This document shows, one piece after another, positions 50,291 through 59,886 of a stretch of DNA of 64,000 nucleotides. Position 1 is the stretch's first letter. Every line of letters begins with the position of its first letter. Both the position numbers and the translations under genes were made by a program. This DNA is from Candidatus Latescibacterota bacterium. Its GTDB lineage: Bacteria; Latescibacterota; UBA2968. Location: assembly GCA_965198115.1 (NCBI GenBank), contig OZ240241.1:5248001-5312000 (forward strand), read 5' to 3'. A model generated the notes under the pieces. It made no database searches, was not told where the DNA came from, and worked only from the letters and a program-made list of their open reading frames with translations.

Positions 50291-51031
50291 TTAAACAGGA
50301 AACACACGCGGATAGGTCTTACCCGTTTCGAGGTGGTACGTCGCCGCATCCACGTAGCCGATGCTGAACGCCCTGCGCGGTCGGTCCGTGGTGTTCACGA
50401 GCGATGAGTGCAGGATCCGTGTCTTGAACATCACCACTTCACCCTTTTCCAACTCCAGGAATACTCGCTTCTCCAGCGGCGCAAACTTCGCGATATCCTC
50501 TTCTTCCGCGACGGTATGGATCGGGCAGTCATCCGACCGAGGAATGATCTGAATGCAACCATTCGCCTTCGTCGCAGCATCCAGGGCCGTGTAGATCGTC
50601 ATCACAGGATAGGGATCGACGTTCCAGGACCGACCATCCTGATGCCAGACGAGCGGGACCCCTCCGTTTGCAGGCTTGTTGAAAAACATCGAACGGAAGA
50701 CGGAGATCTCCTCTCCAATCAGCTCGCGCGTGATATATCGGAAAAGGGGATGCTGGATGTAGGCGCGAAAGATCGGGTCCTGCTCCAGGTCCTGGACCTT
50801 CCGGTAGTCCAGCGTCTCGTCGGCCTCTTCCTCCGCCGAAGGACACTTCTGCATCATCATCCCTTCGTAGCGGATCTTCCCGAGCATGATATCGTCGATC
50901 CTCTCACACAGCCGATCGATCTCCTCCTCGGGATAGACCACACCCAGCCGGATATACCCTTCCTCGTTGTATTCCGCCCACTCCTGATCGGTGAGCGTCG
51001 TTGTTTCGCGGATGGTGGCCGTCGATGTCAT
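50291..51031 (-). CDS. PhyH family Fe(II)/2-oxoglutarate dioxygenase
   Basis: EEGYI, MFFNKPA, WHQD, ALDAATKANGCI, and ILHSS..N....RR motifs. Confidence 0.9.
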   Translation of the reverse strand: MTSTATIRETTTLTDQEWAEYNEEGYIRLGVVYPEEEIDRLCERIDDIMLGKIRYEGMMMQKCPSAEEEADETLDYRKVQDLEQDPIFRAYIQHPLFRYITRELIGEEISVFRSMFFNKPANGGVPLVWHQDGRSWNVDPYPVMTIYTALDAATKANGCIQIIPRSDDCPIHTVAEEEDIAKFAPLEKRVFLELEKGEVVMFKTRILHSSLVNTTDRPRRAFSIGYVDAATYHLETGKTYPRVFPV

Positions 51032-51323
51032 TTCGTACTCGATTCTGGTGAAGTCAAAACGGGCCCCGGCTCAGAAGCTTACCGGGGTGACAATGCACCT
51101 TTGCATGAGGGTGCCCCTTGGCATCGAAGATAGTGCTGTTTTGACATCCTCTCAATCGCCAACGCGGCACTTCGATTTCCTATTCCAACCCCTGCGATGT
51201 TCGCGGTATCATGCGCCTCAATGATTAGTACCCCCTGGTGGCCTCAGAACTATTCCCCGACTAGGGCTTCAATTCTGGGTTTGCCTCCCCATTCGTGTTC
51301 ATTTTGTAATTCCAAAGGTTTCA

Positions 51324-52796
51324 ATGGATCCCACACTCCTCACTCCCGAAGAAAACTACGGCTTCGACGTCGGTGGCTTCATCGTCGTCCCGCAGGTCCT
51401 GAAGGCCAGCGACATCGAAGCAGCCAACCAGGCGATCGATGCGAACGGGCTGAGCGATCCCGACCATCTCCCGACCGCCCTCGTGCAGCTGACCGCGCAT
51501 TCCAAGCTCGCGCGCTATCTGGATCAGCTCACCTTCGACGGTTACCACCTCGATGGCCAACCCTACCTGATTGATCCGGAGCGGTCGGATGGGCGCCTTA
51601 TCGGTGGGAACGAGCCCCGGATCGCCAATCGAGCCCACTACCAGCAGAACAACGAGCAATTCGCGCAGGGCATCATCGCGACCTGGGCGTTGACGGATGT
51701 CAACGAGGGTGACGGAGGTCTCCTCATTGTCCCCGCCAGCCATAAGAGCGGGGTTGAATCACCCGTGACCCTGGCCGACGGATCGGACGAGCTCGGTCTT
51801 GTTCGCCAGATACCCCTCAAAGCCGGCGATCTCCTTCTTCGCGTGGAAACGCTCCTGCACGGAACACGGCCCTGGACGGCGAGCGAGCCTCGCCGCCTCC
51901 TGTCTCTGACGTTCGCCGCGAATCAGTCACAACGATCGGGCAAATCCCGAGTTCAGGTCCCCGACTGGGCAGATGAGTTGACGCCCGAACAACGAGCCGT
52001 CGTCGCCCCCGACGACGCACCGATCCTACAATCCGACGGCCAGAACCTGACGTTGCTCGAAGAGACCGGCGTTCACCACCCGTCGATTCTCATTCGGAAT
52101 CCAGACAGCTGCATCGACGAAACCGAGTTCTATCACTGGGACCTTTGCGGCCACCTCGTCATTCGAAATGTGATGGACGAAGAGTGGCTCGCGGCTGCGA
52201 ATGAAGCCATCGACGCCTGCGCAGATAGAATCGAAGTGGGCGGTGACGCGGCGAAAGGCTCGAAAGTCCTCGCGGGCACGGGCATCCCCACGCTTCAGAA
52301 CCTGTTCGAACTACCTGAGCCCTACTGCCAGCCTTTCCGCCGGATGCTTGCCAATCCGGCTGTCATTCATCGCCTCAACTGGATGATGGGCAGCGGGTTC
52401 GTCTTCCGGAGCGCCCGGGCTACCTGCTCAGTGAAAGGCACCTCTGGACACGGCCTCCATAGCGGCGCGGGCCACTTCCGTCCCGGGGGCACATACGTCC
52501 TACAAAACGGGCGCTGTTACTGCGAAACAATCAACCTCGCCTGGCAGCTCCGTGACGTCACGATCGCAGACGGTGGCTTCGTCTGCATCCCGGGCAGCCA
52601 CAAGGCCCGGTATCCGATTACAGAGCCGATGATCCTTTGCGAGGAAGAGCTCAACCTAGTTCAGCACGTCGAGATGAAAGCCGGCGACGTCTGTCTCTTC
52701 CTTGCCGCCGCCCAGACGCACGGTGCCTATCCCTGGAAGAGTGACATCGACCGCCGCGTCGTCCTGATGAACTACTCATCTCGCAACCTAGCGTGA
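51324..52796 (+). CDS. Tandem two-domain PhyH family protein (domain 1 degenerate, domain 2 HxG)
   Basis: Two modules, each with F/W-D..G..V, P(A/G)SHK and HG..PW....RR. The proximal motif is LIGG in domain 1 and LHSG in domain 2. Confidence 0.85.
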   Translation: MDPTLLTPEENYGFDVGGFIVVPQVLKASDIEAANQAIDANGLSDPDHLPTALVQLTAHSKLARYLDQLTFDGYHLDGQPYLIDPERSDGRLIGGNEPRIANRAHYQQNNEQFAQGIIATWALTDVNEGDGGLLIVPASHKSGVESPVTLADGSDELGLVRQIPLKAGDLLLRVETLLHGTRPWTASEPRRLLSLTFAANQSQRSGKSRVQVPDWADELTPEQRAVVAPDDAPILQSDGQNLTLLEETGVHHPSILIRNPDSCIDETEFYHWDLCGHLVIRNVMDEEWLAAANEAIDACADRIEVGGDAAKGSKVLAGTGIPTLQNLFELPEPYCQPFRRMLANPAVIHRLNWMMGSGFVFRSARATCSVKGTSGHGLHSGAGHFRPGGTYVLQNGRCYCETINLAWQLRDVTIADGGFVCIPGSHKARYPITEPMILCEEELNLVQHVEMKAGDVCLFLAAAQTHGAYPWKSDIDRRVVLMNYSSRNLA

Positions 52797-52902
52797 CGCT
52801 CGCGATTCAGAGTTAGACTACTGACCGGGGGGCTGACCATCCTCCCTGGTTTTCTTCGTGTCTTCGCGCCTTCGTGTTAGGCGCCTTTCCGCAGGATCGA
52901 CC

Positions 52903-53898
52903 ATGCCCGTAGACTATCGCGAAGAGGATCGCATCCTCTTCGAAGAAGAACTCGACGATTTCATTCCACAACGTGTGTTCGACGCCCACTGTCATCTCTT
53001 CTGGAACGACTGTATGGAACCGGGCGTGGAGTACATCCCTCGCAGCGAAGCCAGAATCGCGGATCTACTCGAGTGGGGCGAGGCCATGTTCCCTGGGCGC
53101 CGGATGAACTTCCTGATCCTCGGCCTGCCGCGGGTCGGCACCGACGTCCGCAAACACAACGCCGCCCTCGGAAAGGAGATGCGTCTCGATCCGGGCTCAC
53201 GTTCGAACCTGCTCGTGACGCCCCCGTGCGACGTCAAGGACATCGAAGCCGACATCGATGAATACGGCTTCCTTGGACTGAAGCCTTACCGAATTTTCTC
53301 ATCCACGGGTGACATCAACAACTGCCGGATCCACGAGTTTCTCCCCCACGAACAGATGGAGCTTGCGAACGATCGAGGTCTCTGGGTCACCATGCACCTT
53401 TCACGCGCCCAGGGCTGCGGCGACGCGGAGAATCTGGCCGACCTCACCGAATACACGACCAAACGCTACCCGAACATCAGATGGATCCTCGCACACTGCG
53501 CACGCAGCTTCACCTACTACCCCATTCAGGTAGCCATCGACACGCTTCGTGACCTTCCGAACATCTGGTACGACCTGTCCGCCGTGACCACGCTGCCGCC
53601 GTTCATCACGCTCTTCCAGAAGGAAAACCTCAAGCGCCTGTTCTACGGCTCCGACGGCATCGATTCGGCCTTCTTCCACGGCAAGTACGTCACCTTCGGC
53701 CGCTATTGGTATCAGGTCTATCCCGACGAGGCAGGATTCAGCTTCGTCCATACCGATGCCCGTCCGGTTCTCTGCATTTACGAACAACTGCTGGCAATGA
53801 AGCAGGCAGCAGATGTCGCAGGCCTATCGAAGGACAACATCGAAGGCATCTTCTGGCGCAACGCACACGAAGCGTTGGGGATTCCGTATGAAACCTGA
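52903..53898 (+). CDS. Amidohydrolase family protein
   Basis: FDAHCH, GLKPY, TMH, ILAHCAR, YDLS, and FYGSD motifs. Confidence 0.85.
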   Translation: MPVDYREEDRILFEEELDDFIPQRVFDAHCHLFWNDCMEPGVEYIPRSEARIADLLEWGEAMFPGRRMNFLILGLPRVGTDVRKHNAALGKEMRLDPGSRSNLLVTPPCDVKDIEADIDEYGFLGLKPYRIFSSTGDINNCRIHEFLPHEQMELANDRGLWVTMHLSRAQGCGDAENLADLTEYTTKRYPNIRWILAHCARSFTYYPIQVAIDTLRDLPNIWYDLSAVTTLPPFITLFQKENLKRLFYGSDGIDSAFFHGKYVTFGRYWYQVYPDEAGFSFVHTDARPVLCIYEQLLAMKQAADVAGLSKDNIEGIFWRNAHEALGIPYET

Positions 53899-53994
53899 AA
53901 AGTATTCTCTCGTAGGGAGTAGCCAATGACTACAGCGGGTCGGGGTCACAACTGAAAACCTTCAACGCAGAGGGCACAGAGCTCGAGGGTTCCA

Positions 53995-54138
53995 GCCCTG
54001 AAAGGGCGGCATATCTTAGCCCGGGGCGTCAGCCCCGGGATAGGAAAGGAGAGGAAGAAACGCGCCGCTGTAGCCCGATTCGTGCCGGAGTAAATCCCCC
54101 TTTCGGCGCACAATCGCCACATCCCTTGTAGAGCAATT
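53995..54138. repeat. ~145-bp dispersed element, copy 2
   Basis: Aligns with 1131-1275 over both hairpins and the downstream core. Confidence 0.8.
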
Positions 54139-54151
54139 GCGTTGCTCCATC

Positions 54152-55525
54152 GAGCTATAATCAAAAGGTGTGGAAAAAGAGAAAGGGCGACCCTACCCTT
54201 CCCGTGAGATAGTTGATTCACACAAAACCGGGTGAGAGGCCCGGTTGGGAAGGAGGATCGCCGTGAAGGAACATACGCATAGAGCCCCATTGAAGTCCAT
54301 GCCGACGTGGGAGACGGTTGACGATTGGATCCGTGAAGAGATCCAGGGCCGGTTCCAGTCCATTCTGGAGGAGGAGGCGACCGCGTTCTTGGGCCGGTCG
54401 TGGTATGAGCGCCGAGCCGAGGTCGATAGCTCCACGGGCTACAGGAACGGCTACGGCAAGCCCCGGCGTCTCTCGACGAGCTGCGGAACGATCAAGGTCC
54501 GGCGTCCCCGGGTTCGTGGTCTGGAAGAGCGGTTTGAAAGCCGCATCCTCCCCCTGTTCGCCCGGAGAACCAGGGCCATTGGAGATCTGCTTCCCGACCT
54601 TTATCTCCACGGTCTCTCCCAGGGCGACTTCGAGTTGTCTTTGCGTGCGCTGCTCGGTGATGGCGCGCCGCTTTCGCCGACCTCGATCGCTCGTCTTCGA
54701 GGGAAGTGGGAGGTCGACTTCCAGGACTGGAAAGAAAGGCGTCTGGATAATCGCGAACTGGTCTACGCCTGGGCTGATGGCATCTACGTCAAAGCCGGGC
54801 TCGAGCGCGAGAAGGCGTGTCTGCTGGTCGTGATCGGCGCGATGAGCGACGGCAGCAAGGAGATCCTGGCGATAGAACCCGGTTATCGAGAGTCTACAGA
54901 ATCCTGGCTCACGGTGCTACGGGATCTCCGGGATCGCGGGCTCGAACATCCTGTCCTGATCGCCGCGGACGGGAATATGGGCATCTGGGCGGCCGTTGAT
55001 CAGGTCTGGCCAGAGAGCCGGCAACAACGGTGCTGGAACCACAAGATCCTCAACGTGCTCGACAAGGTCGCCAAGCGTGCACAGGCTGAAGCCCGCGCAC
55101 TGCTCGTCCAGATCCCCTATGCCGGCACGAAAAAGGAGGCCGAGAAGCTCCGGAAACGCTTTGCCGCACGGTATCGCTCACAGTTCCCTGCCGCCGTGGA
55201 GACGCTCGAAAGAGACTGGGATCGGATGGTCACGTTCTACGACTTCCCGAAGGAACACTGGAAACACCTGAGAACCACGAACGTCGTCGAGAGCCCCTTT
55301 GCTTCCGTTCGGCTTCGCACAAACGCCGCCAGGCGATTCAAGAAAGTCAGGAACGCCACGGCTCTCATCTGGCGTACGCTCAAGGTCGCAGAGAGCCGAT
55401 TCAGGAAACTCACCGCGCCACACTTGCTACAACAAGTCTACGATCAGAAACACTCAACCGAACCGCAGGTCGAAGCCGGGAAGATGGCCGCCTGATTTCT
55501 TTTACACACCTATTGACCTGAGCTC
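54152..55525 (+). mobile_element. IS256 family insertion sequence (1374 bp) with 8-bp target duplication
   Basis: Inverted repeats GAGCTATAATCAAAAGGTGTGGAAAAAGA / GAGCTCAGGTCAATAGGTGTGTAAAAAGA. Direct repeat GCTCCATC at 54144-54151 and 55526-55533. Confidence 0.95.
54263..55495 (+). CDS. IS256 family (Mutator-type) transposase
   Basis: YRNGY, LYLHGLS.GD, WADGIY, AADG, QRCWNHK, and LRTTNVVES motifs. AGGAGG RBS before GTG 54263. Confidence 0.95.
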   Translation: MKEHTHRAPLKSMPTWETVDDWIREEIQGRFQSILEEEATAFLGRSWYERRAEVDSSTGYRNGYGKPRRLSTSCGTIKVRRPRVRGLEERFESRILPLFARRTRAIGDLLPDLYLHGLSQGDFELSLRALLGDGAPLSPTSIARLRGKWEVDFQDWKERRLDNRELVYAWADGIYVKAGLEREKACLLVVIGAMSDGSKEILAIEPGYRESTESWLTVLRDLRDRGLEHPVLIAADGNMGIWAAVDQVWPESRQQRCWNHKILNVLDKVAKRAQAEARALLVQIPYAGTKKEAEKLRKRFAARYRSQFPAAVETLERDWDRMVTFYDFPKEHWKHLRTTNVVESPFASVRLRTNAARRFKKVRNATALIWRTLKVAESRFRKLTAPHLLQQVYDQKHSTEPQVEAGKMAA

Positions 55526-55580
55526 GCTCCATCCCCCCAGAATCACAACAGAAACTAAGATCTAACCATATGCGGGACGC

Positions 55581-56387
55581 GTGAGCGGACAAAGAGCATC
55601 CACAAAGCATTGGGACCCGAACCAGTACCATAAATTCTCGAACCATCGACTTCGTCCGGCGCTTGAGTTACTCGACCGGATACCGGTCGATGCACCGGAA
55701 CTGGTTTACGACCTCGGCTGTGGCACAGGGAACATCACGCGTCTCATTGTCGAGCGATGGCCGGACGCAACGGTCATCGGGGTCGACAACTCACGCGAGA
55801 TGCTCGACAAGGCCGGCGCCGAAGACGGACGCGTCGATTGGCAACTGGACGACATCCACACCTGGACGCCGGACGCACCGCCAGACCTGATCTATTCTAA
55901 CGCGACCCTCCAATGGGTAGAGGACCATCAGACTCAGTTCCCTCGCCTCGCCGGATTCCTGAAACCCGCTCGTGCACTTGCTGTTCAGATGCCGCTGAGC
56001 TGGGGCATGCCGTCACACATTCTGATGCGAGAGACCTTGGCTCGCGGTGGCTCGAACGGCCAGGGGTTCGGGACGGAGGAACTCCGGAAGCTCACGGGGC
56101 GAAAGTGGGTCGAAGACGCCGACGTTTACTACGACCTTCTGACGGATCGAACCAGCCATCTCGATATCTGGGAAACAGAGTATCTGCAGATCCTCGACGG
56201 GGAGGATCCCGTGCTCGAATGGGTCAAGGGAACCGGACTCCGCCCTATTCTCGAAGGTCTGGCGGATGCGGAGAGAGAGGCCTTTCTTGAGGTCTATCGC
56301 GACCGTCTGAGGGAAGCCTATCCGCGAAGAGCGGATGGTCGAACCCTCTATCCGTTCCGCCGGCTGTTCATCGTAGCGACCTTCTAA
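55581..56387 (+). CDS. tam: Trans-aconitate 2-methyltransferase
   Basis: WDPNQY..F...R.RPA.ELL, DLGCGTGN, SNATLQW, LAVQMP, WVKGTGLRP, and PFRRLFIVA motifs. Confidence 0.9.
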   Translation: MSGQRASTKHWDPNQYHKFSNHRLRPALELLDRIPVDAPELVYDLGCGTGNITRLIVERWPDATVIGVDNSREMLDKAGAEDGRVDWQLDDIHTWTPDAPPDLIYSNATLQWVEDHQTQFPRLAGFLKPARALAVQMPLSWGMPSHILMRETLARGGSNGQGFGTEELRKLTGRKWVEDADVYYDLLTDRTSHLDIWETEYLQILDGEDPVLEWVKGTGLRPILEGLADAEREAFLEVYRDRLREAYPRRADGRTLYPFRRLFIVATF

Positions 56388-56411
56388 TTCGAGGACCCCA
56401 AGGAGAACCGC

Positions 56412-57398
56412 ATGTCCCCAGTCGTCCTGATCGCTGCCCGCCACAACCCCGAACTCGAAAAGATCCTCGACGACGTTCCCGAAGAAACGGAGCTCCGACT
56501 TCTGCCCGTTGAAGAAGCCATACCCACGAACGAAGGTCGCATGGTCGGGAAGGCCGCCAGGCTGAGAGATCATCTGCCCGGGGTCGAGGTTGTTTTCGGT
56601 GGGGTCCGCGAACAGGACTTTACGTTCGCAGATTCGCTCAAATGGATACACCAGCCCTCGATCGGAGTCGAAGGTCACATGTATCCAGCTCTTAAAGAGA
56701 GCGACGTCATCCTCACCAACTGCAAGGGTTTGGGCAGTACACAGCTTTCCGAACAGGCCTTCGCCCTGCTACTCTCCCTCACGCGCAAAACGCGCGAACA
56801 GCACGACTTCAACAAGGAAAAGACCTGGAAGCGCATCGACTGCTTCGAACTCTCCGGGAGCACCGTCGGCATCGTCGGACTCGGCGGGGTAGGGAAAGCG
56901 ATCGCCCTGCGCGCACACGCCTTCGGCTGCAAAGTGCTCGCGGTCGACATCGAAGACGTCGAGAAGCCCGACTACGTCGAGCGCGTCGAGAAGCCCGAGT
57001 GGCTCGGCGAGATGGCTTCACAGTGCGACGTCCTCTTCTCCGCAGTCCCTTCGACCCCTGTGAGCCACAAGATGATCGACGGCGACGCCTTCGGCCGGAT
57101 GAAGCCGACCAGCTACTTCATCAACGTCAGCCGAGGCAAACCTGTCGACGAGGAAGCCCTCATAGAAGCCCTCAGGGCCAACCGGCTGGCGGGAGCTGGG
57201 CTCGACGTCACCTACATCGAGCCGTGTCCACAGGACAGTCCACTCTGGGACCTTCCGAACGTCCTCCTCAGCTCCCACAGCGCCGGCGCCTCTCAGTATG
57301 TCAGACCGAGGGCGCTCAAGTTCTTCGTTGAAAATCTGCACCGATACGTCAAAGGCGAGCCCCTGGAGAAAGTCGTCGACAAACACAAAGGCTACTGA
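56412..57398 (+). CDS. D-2-hydroxyacid dehydrogenase, tandem copy 1
   Basis: GLGGVG, INVSRG, LDVTYIEP, and SSHSAG motifs. Confidence 0.92.
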   Translation: MSPVVLIAARHNPELEKILDDVPEETELRLLPVEEAIPTNEGRMVGKAARLRDHLPGVEVVFGGVREQDFTFADSLKWIHQPSIGVEGHMYPALKESDVILTNCKGLGSTQLSEQAFALLLSLTRKTREQHDFNKEKTWKRIDCFELSGSTVGIVGLGGVGKAIALRAHAFGCKVLAVDIEDVEKPDYVERVEKPEWLGEMASQCDVLFSAVPSTPVSHKMIDGDAFGRMKPTSYFINVSRGKPVDEEALIEALRANRLAGAGLDVTYIEPCPQDSPLWDLPNVLLSSHSAGASQYVRPRALKFFVENLHRYVKGEPLEKVVDKHKGY

Positions 57399-57400
57399 GG

Positions 57401-57492
57401 CCAACACCGAATGTCCAACACCGAACGCCCAATGACGAAATATCCTTCGGTGTTCGACATTGGGTGTTCGACATTGGGCGTTCGACATTCGG
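57401..57492. repeat. Inverted 7-mer arrays (CCAACAC/CGAATGT versus TTCGACA/TTGGGTG)
   Basis: A related array lies at 59763-59848. Single arms lie at 57693-57718 and 58736-58763. Confidence 0.75.
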
Positions 57493-57540
57493 AGTTCAGC
57501 TTTCGAAGCAAAGCAGATTGCCCCGAAAGGGGAAAAAACC

Positions 57541-57654
57541 GTCACCCCGGTACGCTTCTTAGCCGGGGCCCCATTCTCTTCGCTCACTGCTCTACATTCG
57601 AGCGACAGGCTTCGCAAGAGTTAGAATGGATCCCGGCTCGAACGCCGAGATGAC
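57541..57654. repeat. Family B paired palindromic element
   Basis: GTCACCCCGGTACGCTTCTTAGCCGGGGCCCCATT...ATGGATCCCGGCTCGAACGCCGAGATGAC. Confidence 0.85.
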
Positions 57655-57738
57655 AACCAGTAGTCGGTTGTCGCACAACAAAGCCCAAATGCTCGATTCT
57701 CGATATTCGATTTTCAATGCCCCATTGAGGTTTACACA

Positions 57739-58725
57739 ATGTCTGTCGTCGTCCTGATCGCCGCGCGTCACAACCCCGAGCTCGAAGAAATCCTGAACGA
57801 CGTGCCCAAAGGCACAGATCTCCGATTTCTCCCGATGGAAAAGGCCATTCCCACCAACGAGGGACGCATGGTGGGGCAAGCAGCAAATCTGAGAGATCAC
57901 ATCTCGGGCGTCGAAGTCGTCTACGGCGCCGTCGGCGAAAAGGACTTTCCCTATGCCGATTCGCTCAAATGGATTCAGCAGACAGGAATCGGGGCCGAAG
58001 GTCACATGTACCCGGCCCTCAAAGAGAGCGACGTCATCCTCACCAACTGCAAAGGTCTGGGCAGCACCCAACTCTCCGAGCAGGGCTTCGCTCTACTTCT
58101 GTCTCTCACACGCAAAACGCGTGAACAGCACGATTTCAACAAGCAGAAGACCTGGAAGCGCATCGACTGTTTCGAGCTTTCTGGAAGCACTGTCGGCATC
58201 GTCGGACTGGGTGGTGTAGGAAAAGCGATTGCGCTCCGGGCCCACGCTTTCGGCTGCAAAGTCCTGGCCGTGGACATCGAAGACGTCGAGAAGCCCGATT
58301 ACGTCGAGCGTGTCGAGAAGCCTGAGTGGCTTGGCGAGATGGCGTCCCAGTGCGACGTCCTCTTCTGTGCCGTCCCTTCGACCCCTGAGAGTCACAAGAT
58401 GATCCACGGAGACGTCTTCGGCCGCATGAAGCCCTCCAGCTATTTCATCAACGTCAGTCGAGGCAAACCCGTCGACGAGGAAGCCCTCATAGAAGCCCTC
58501 AGGGCCAACCGGTTGGCGGGAGCTGGGCTCGACGTCACCTACATCGAGCCTTGCCCGCCGGAAAGTCCTTTGTGGGACCTCCCGAACGTCCTCCTCAGTT
58601 CGCACAGCGCCGGCGCATCGCAATACGTCAGACCGAGGGCTCTCAAGTTCTTCGTCGAGAACCTCCATCGCTACGTCAAAGGTGAACCGTTGGAAAAAGT
58701 CGTCGACAAGCAGAAGGGCTACTGA
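57739..58725 (+). CDS. D-2-hydroxyacid dehydrogenase, tandem copy 2
   Basis: Same length (328 aa) and motifs as copy 1. Confidence 0.92.
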   Translation: MSVVVLIAARHNPELEEILNDVPKGTDLRFLPMEKAIPTNEGRMVGQAANLRDHISGVEVVYGAVGEKDFPYADSLKWIQQTGIGAEGHMYPALKESDVILTNCKGLGSTQLSEQGFALLLSLTRKTREQHDFNKQKTWKRIDCFELSGSTVGIVGLGGVGKAIALRAHAFGCKVLAVDIEDVEKPDYVERVEKPEWLGEMASQCDVLFCAVPSTPESHKMIHGDVFGRMKPSSYFINVSRGKPVDEEALIEALRANRLAGAGLDVTYIEPCPPESPLWDLPNVLLSSHSAGASQYVRPRALKFFVENLHRYVKGEPLEKVVDKQKGY

Positions 58726-58776
58726 GCACCCAATCTTCGATACTCAATTCTCGATGTTCGATCCCAAGGAATCGCA

Positions 58777-59757
58777 ATGGTCGTCCTGATCGCGGCGCGC
58801 CACATCCAGGAGCTGGAAGAAATCCTGAATGACGTGCCCAAGAGCACCGAAGTCCGGTATCTCCCGATGGAAAAGGCTATTCCCACCAACGAGGGACGCT
58901 TGTTGGGGGAAGCCACGAATTTGCGAGATCACATCTCGGGGGTCGAGGTCGTTTTTGGATCGGTTGGCCAGAAGGACTTCCCCTATGCCGATTCGCTGAG
59001 GTGGATTCAACAGATCGGCATCGGCGTCGAAGGTCATATGTATCCCGCCCTCAAAGAGAGCGACGTCATCCTGACCAACTGTAAAGGCCTGATGAGCACA
59101 CAGCTCTCCGAACAGTCCTTTGCCTTGCTTCTGACTCTCACGCGTTGTACTCGAGAGCAGCACGACTTCATGAAAGAGAAAACCTGGAAGCGGATCGACT
59201 GTTTCGAGCTCTCAGGGAGTACGGTGGGCATCGTCGGGTTGGGCGGGGTTGGAAGGGCCGTGGCACAGAGAGCACACGCTTTCGGTTGCCGGGTGTTGGC
59301 CGTGGACATCGAAGACGCTGAAAAGCCCGACTACGTCGAGCGCGTCGGAAAACCCGGTTGGCTGGGTGAGATGGCCTCTCAGTGTGACGTCCTCTTCTCT
59401 TGCGTCCCCTCCACACCCGAGAGCCACAAGATGATCGATGGAGACGCCTTCGGTCGAATGAAGCCCTCCAGTTATTTTATCAACGTCAGCCGGGGCAAAG
59501 TCGTCGACGAAGAAGCCCTCATCGAGGCCCTCCGGGCCGGCCGACTCGCGGGCGCCGGTTTGGACGTCACCTATATCGAGCCTTGTCCACCCGAGAGCCC
59601 CCTGTGGGAACTTCCCAACGTCATCCTCAGCTCCCACAGCGCCTCCGCGTCTCAGTACGTCAGACCCAAAGTGCTGAAGTTCTTCGTCGAGAACCTCCAT
59701 CGCTATGTCAAAAGCGAGCCGTTGGAAAGAGTCGTCGACAAACAGAAGGGATTTTGA
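58777..59757 (+). CDS. D-2-hydroxyacid dehydrogenase, tandem copy 3
   Basis: Same motifs, with SHSAS instead of SHSAG. Confidence 0.92.
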   Translation: MVVLIAARHIQELEEILNDVPKSTEVRYLPMEKAIPTNEGRLLGEATNLRDHISGVEVVFGSVGQKDFPYADSLRWIQQIGIGVEGHMYPALKESDVILTNCKGLMSTQLSEQSFALLLTLTRCTREQHDFMKEKTWKRIDCFELSGSTVGIVGLGGVGRAVAQRAHAFGCRVLAVDIEDAEKPDYVERVGKPGWLGEMASQCDVLFSCVPSTPESHKMIDGDAFGRMKPSSYFINVSRGKVVDEEALIEALRAGRLAGAGLDVTYIEPCPPESPLWELPNVILSSHSASASQYVRPKVLKFFVENLHRYVKSEPLERVVDKQKGF

Positions 59758-59886
59758 AGAGACGAATGTCCAACATCGAACACCGAACGTCCAATATCGA
59801 ATGGCCAAATCCTTCGGCGTTCGACATTGGGGCGTTGGATATTCGGAGTTTCGATCTCAGCCTGATCCATCTTTCGAGGATAAACA

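Noticed and set aside
56412-59757. Tandem dehydrogenases as an assembly duplication artefact
   Set aside because: The copies differ by many synonymous and some non-synonymous changes and have distinct intergenic regions.
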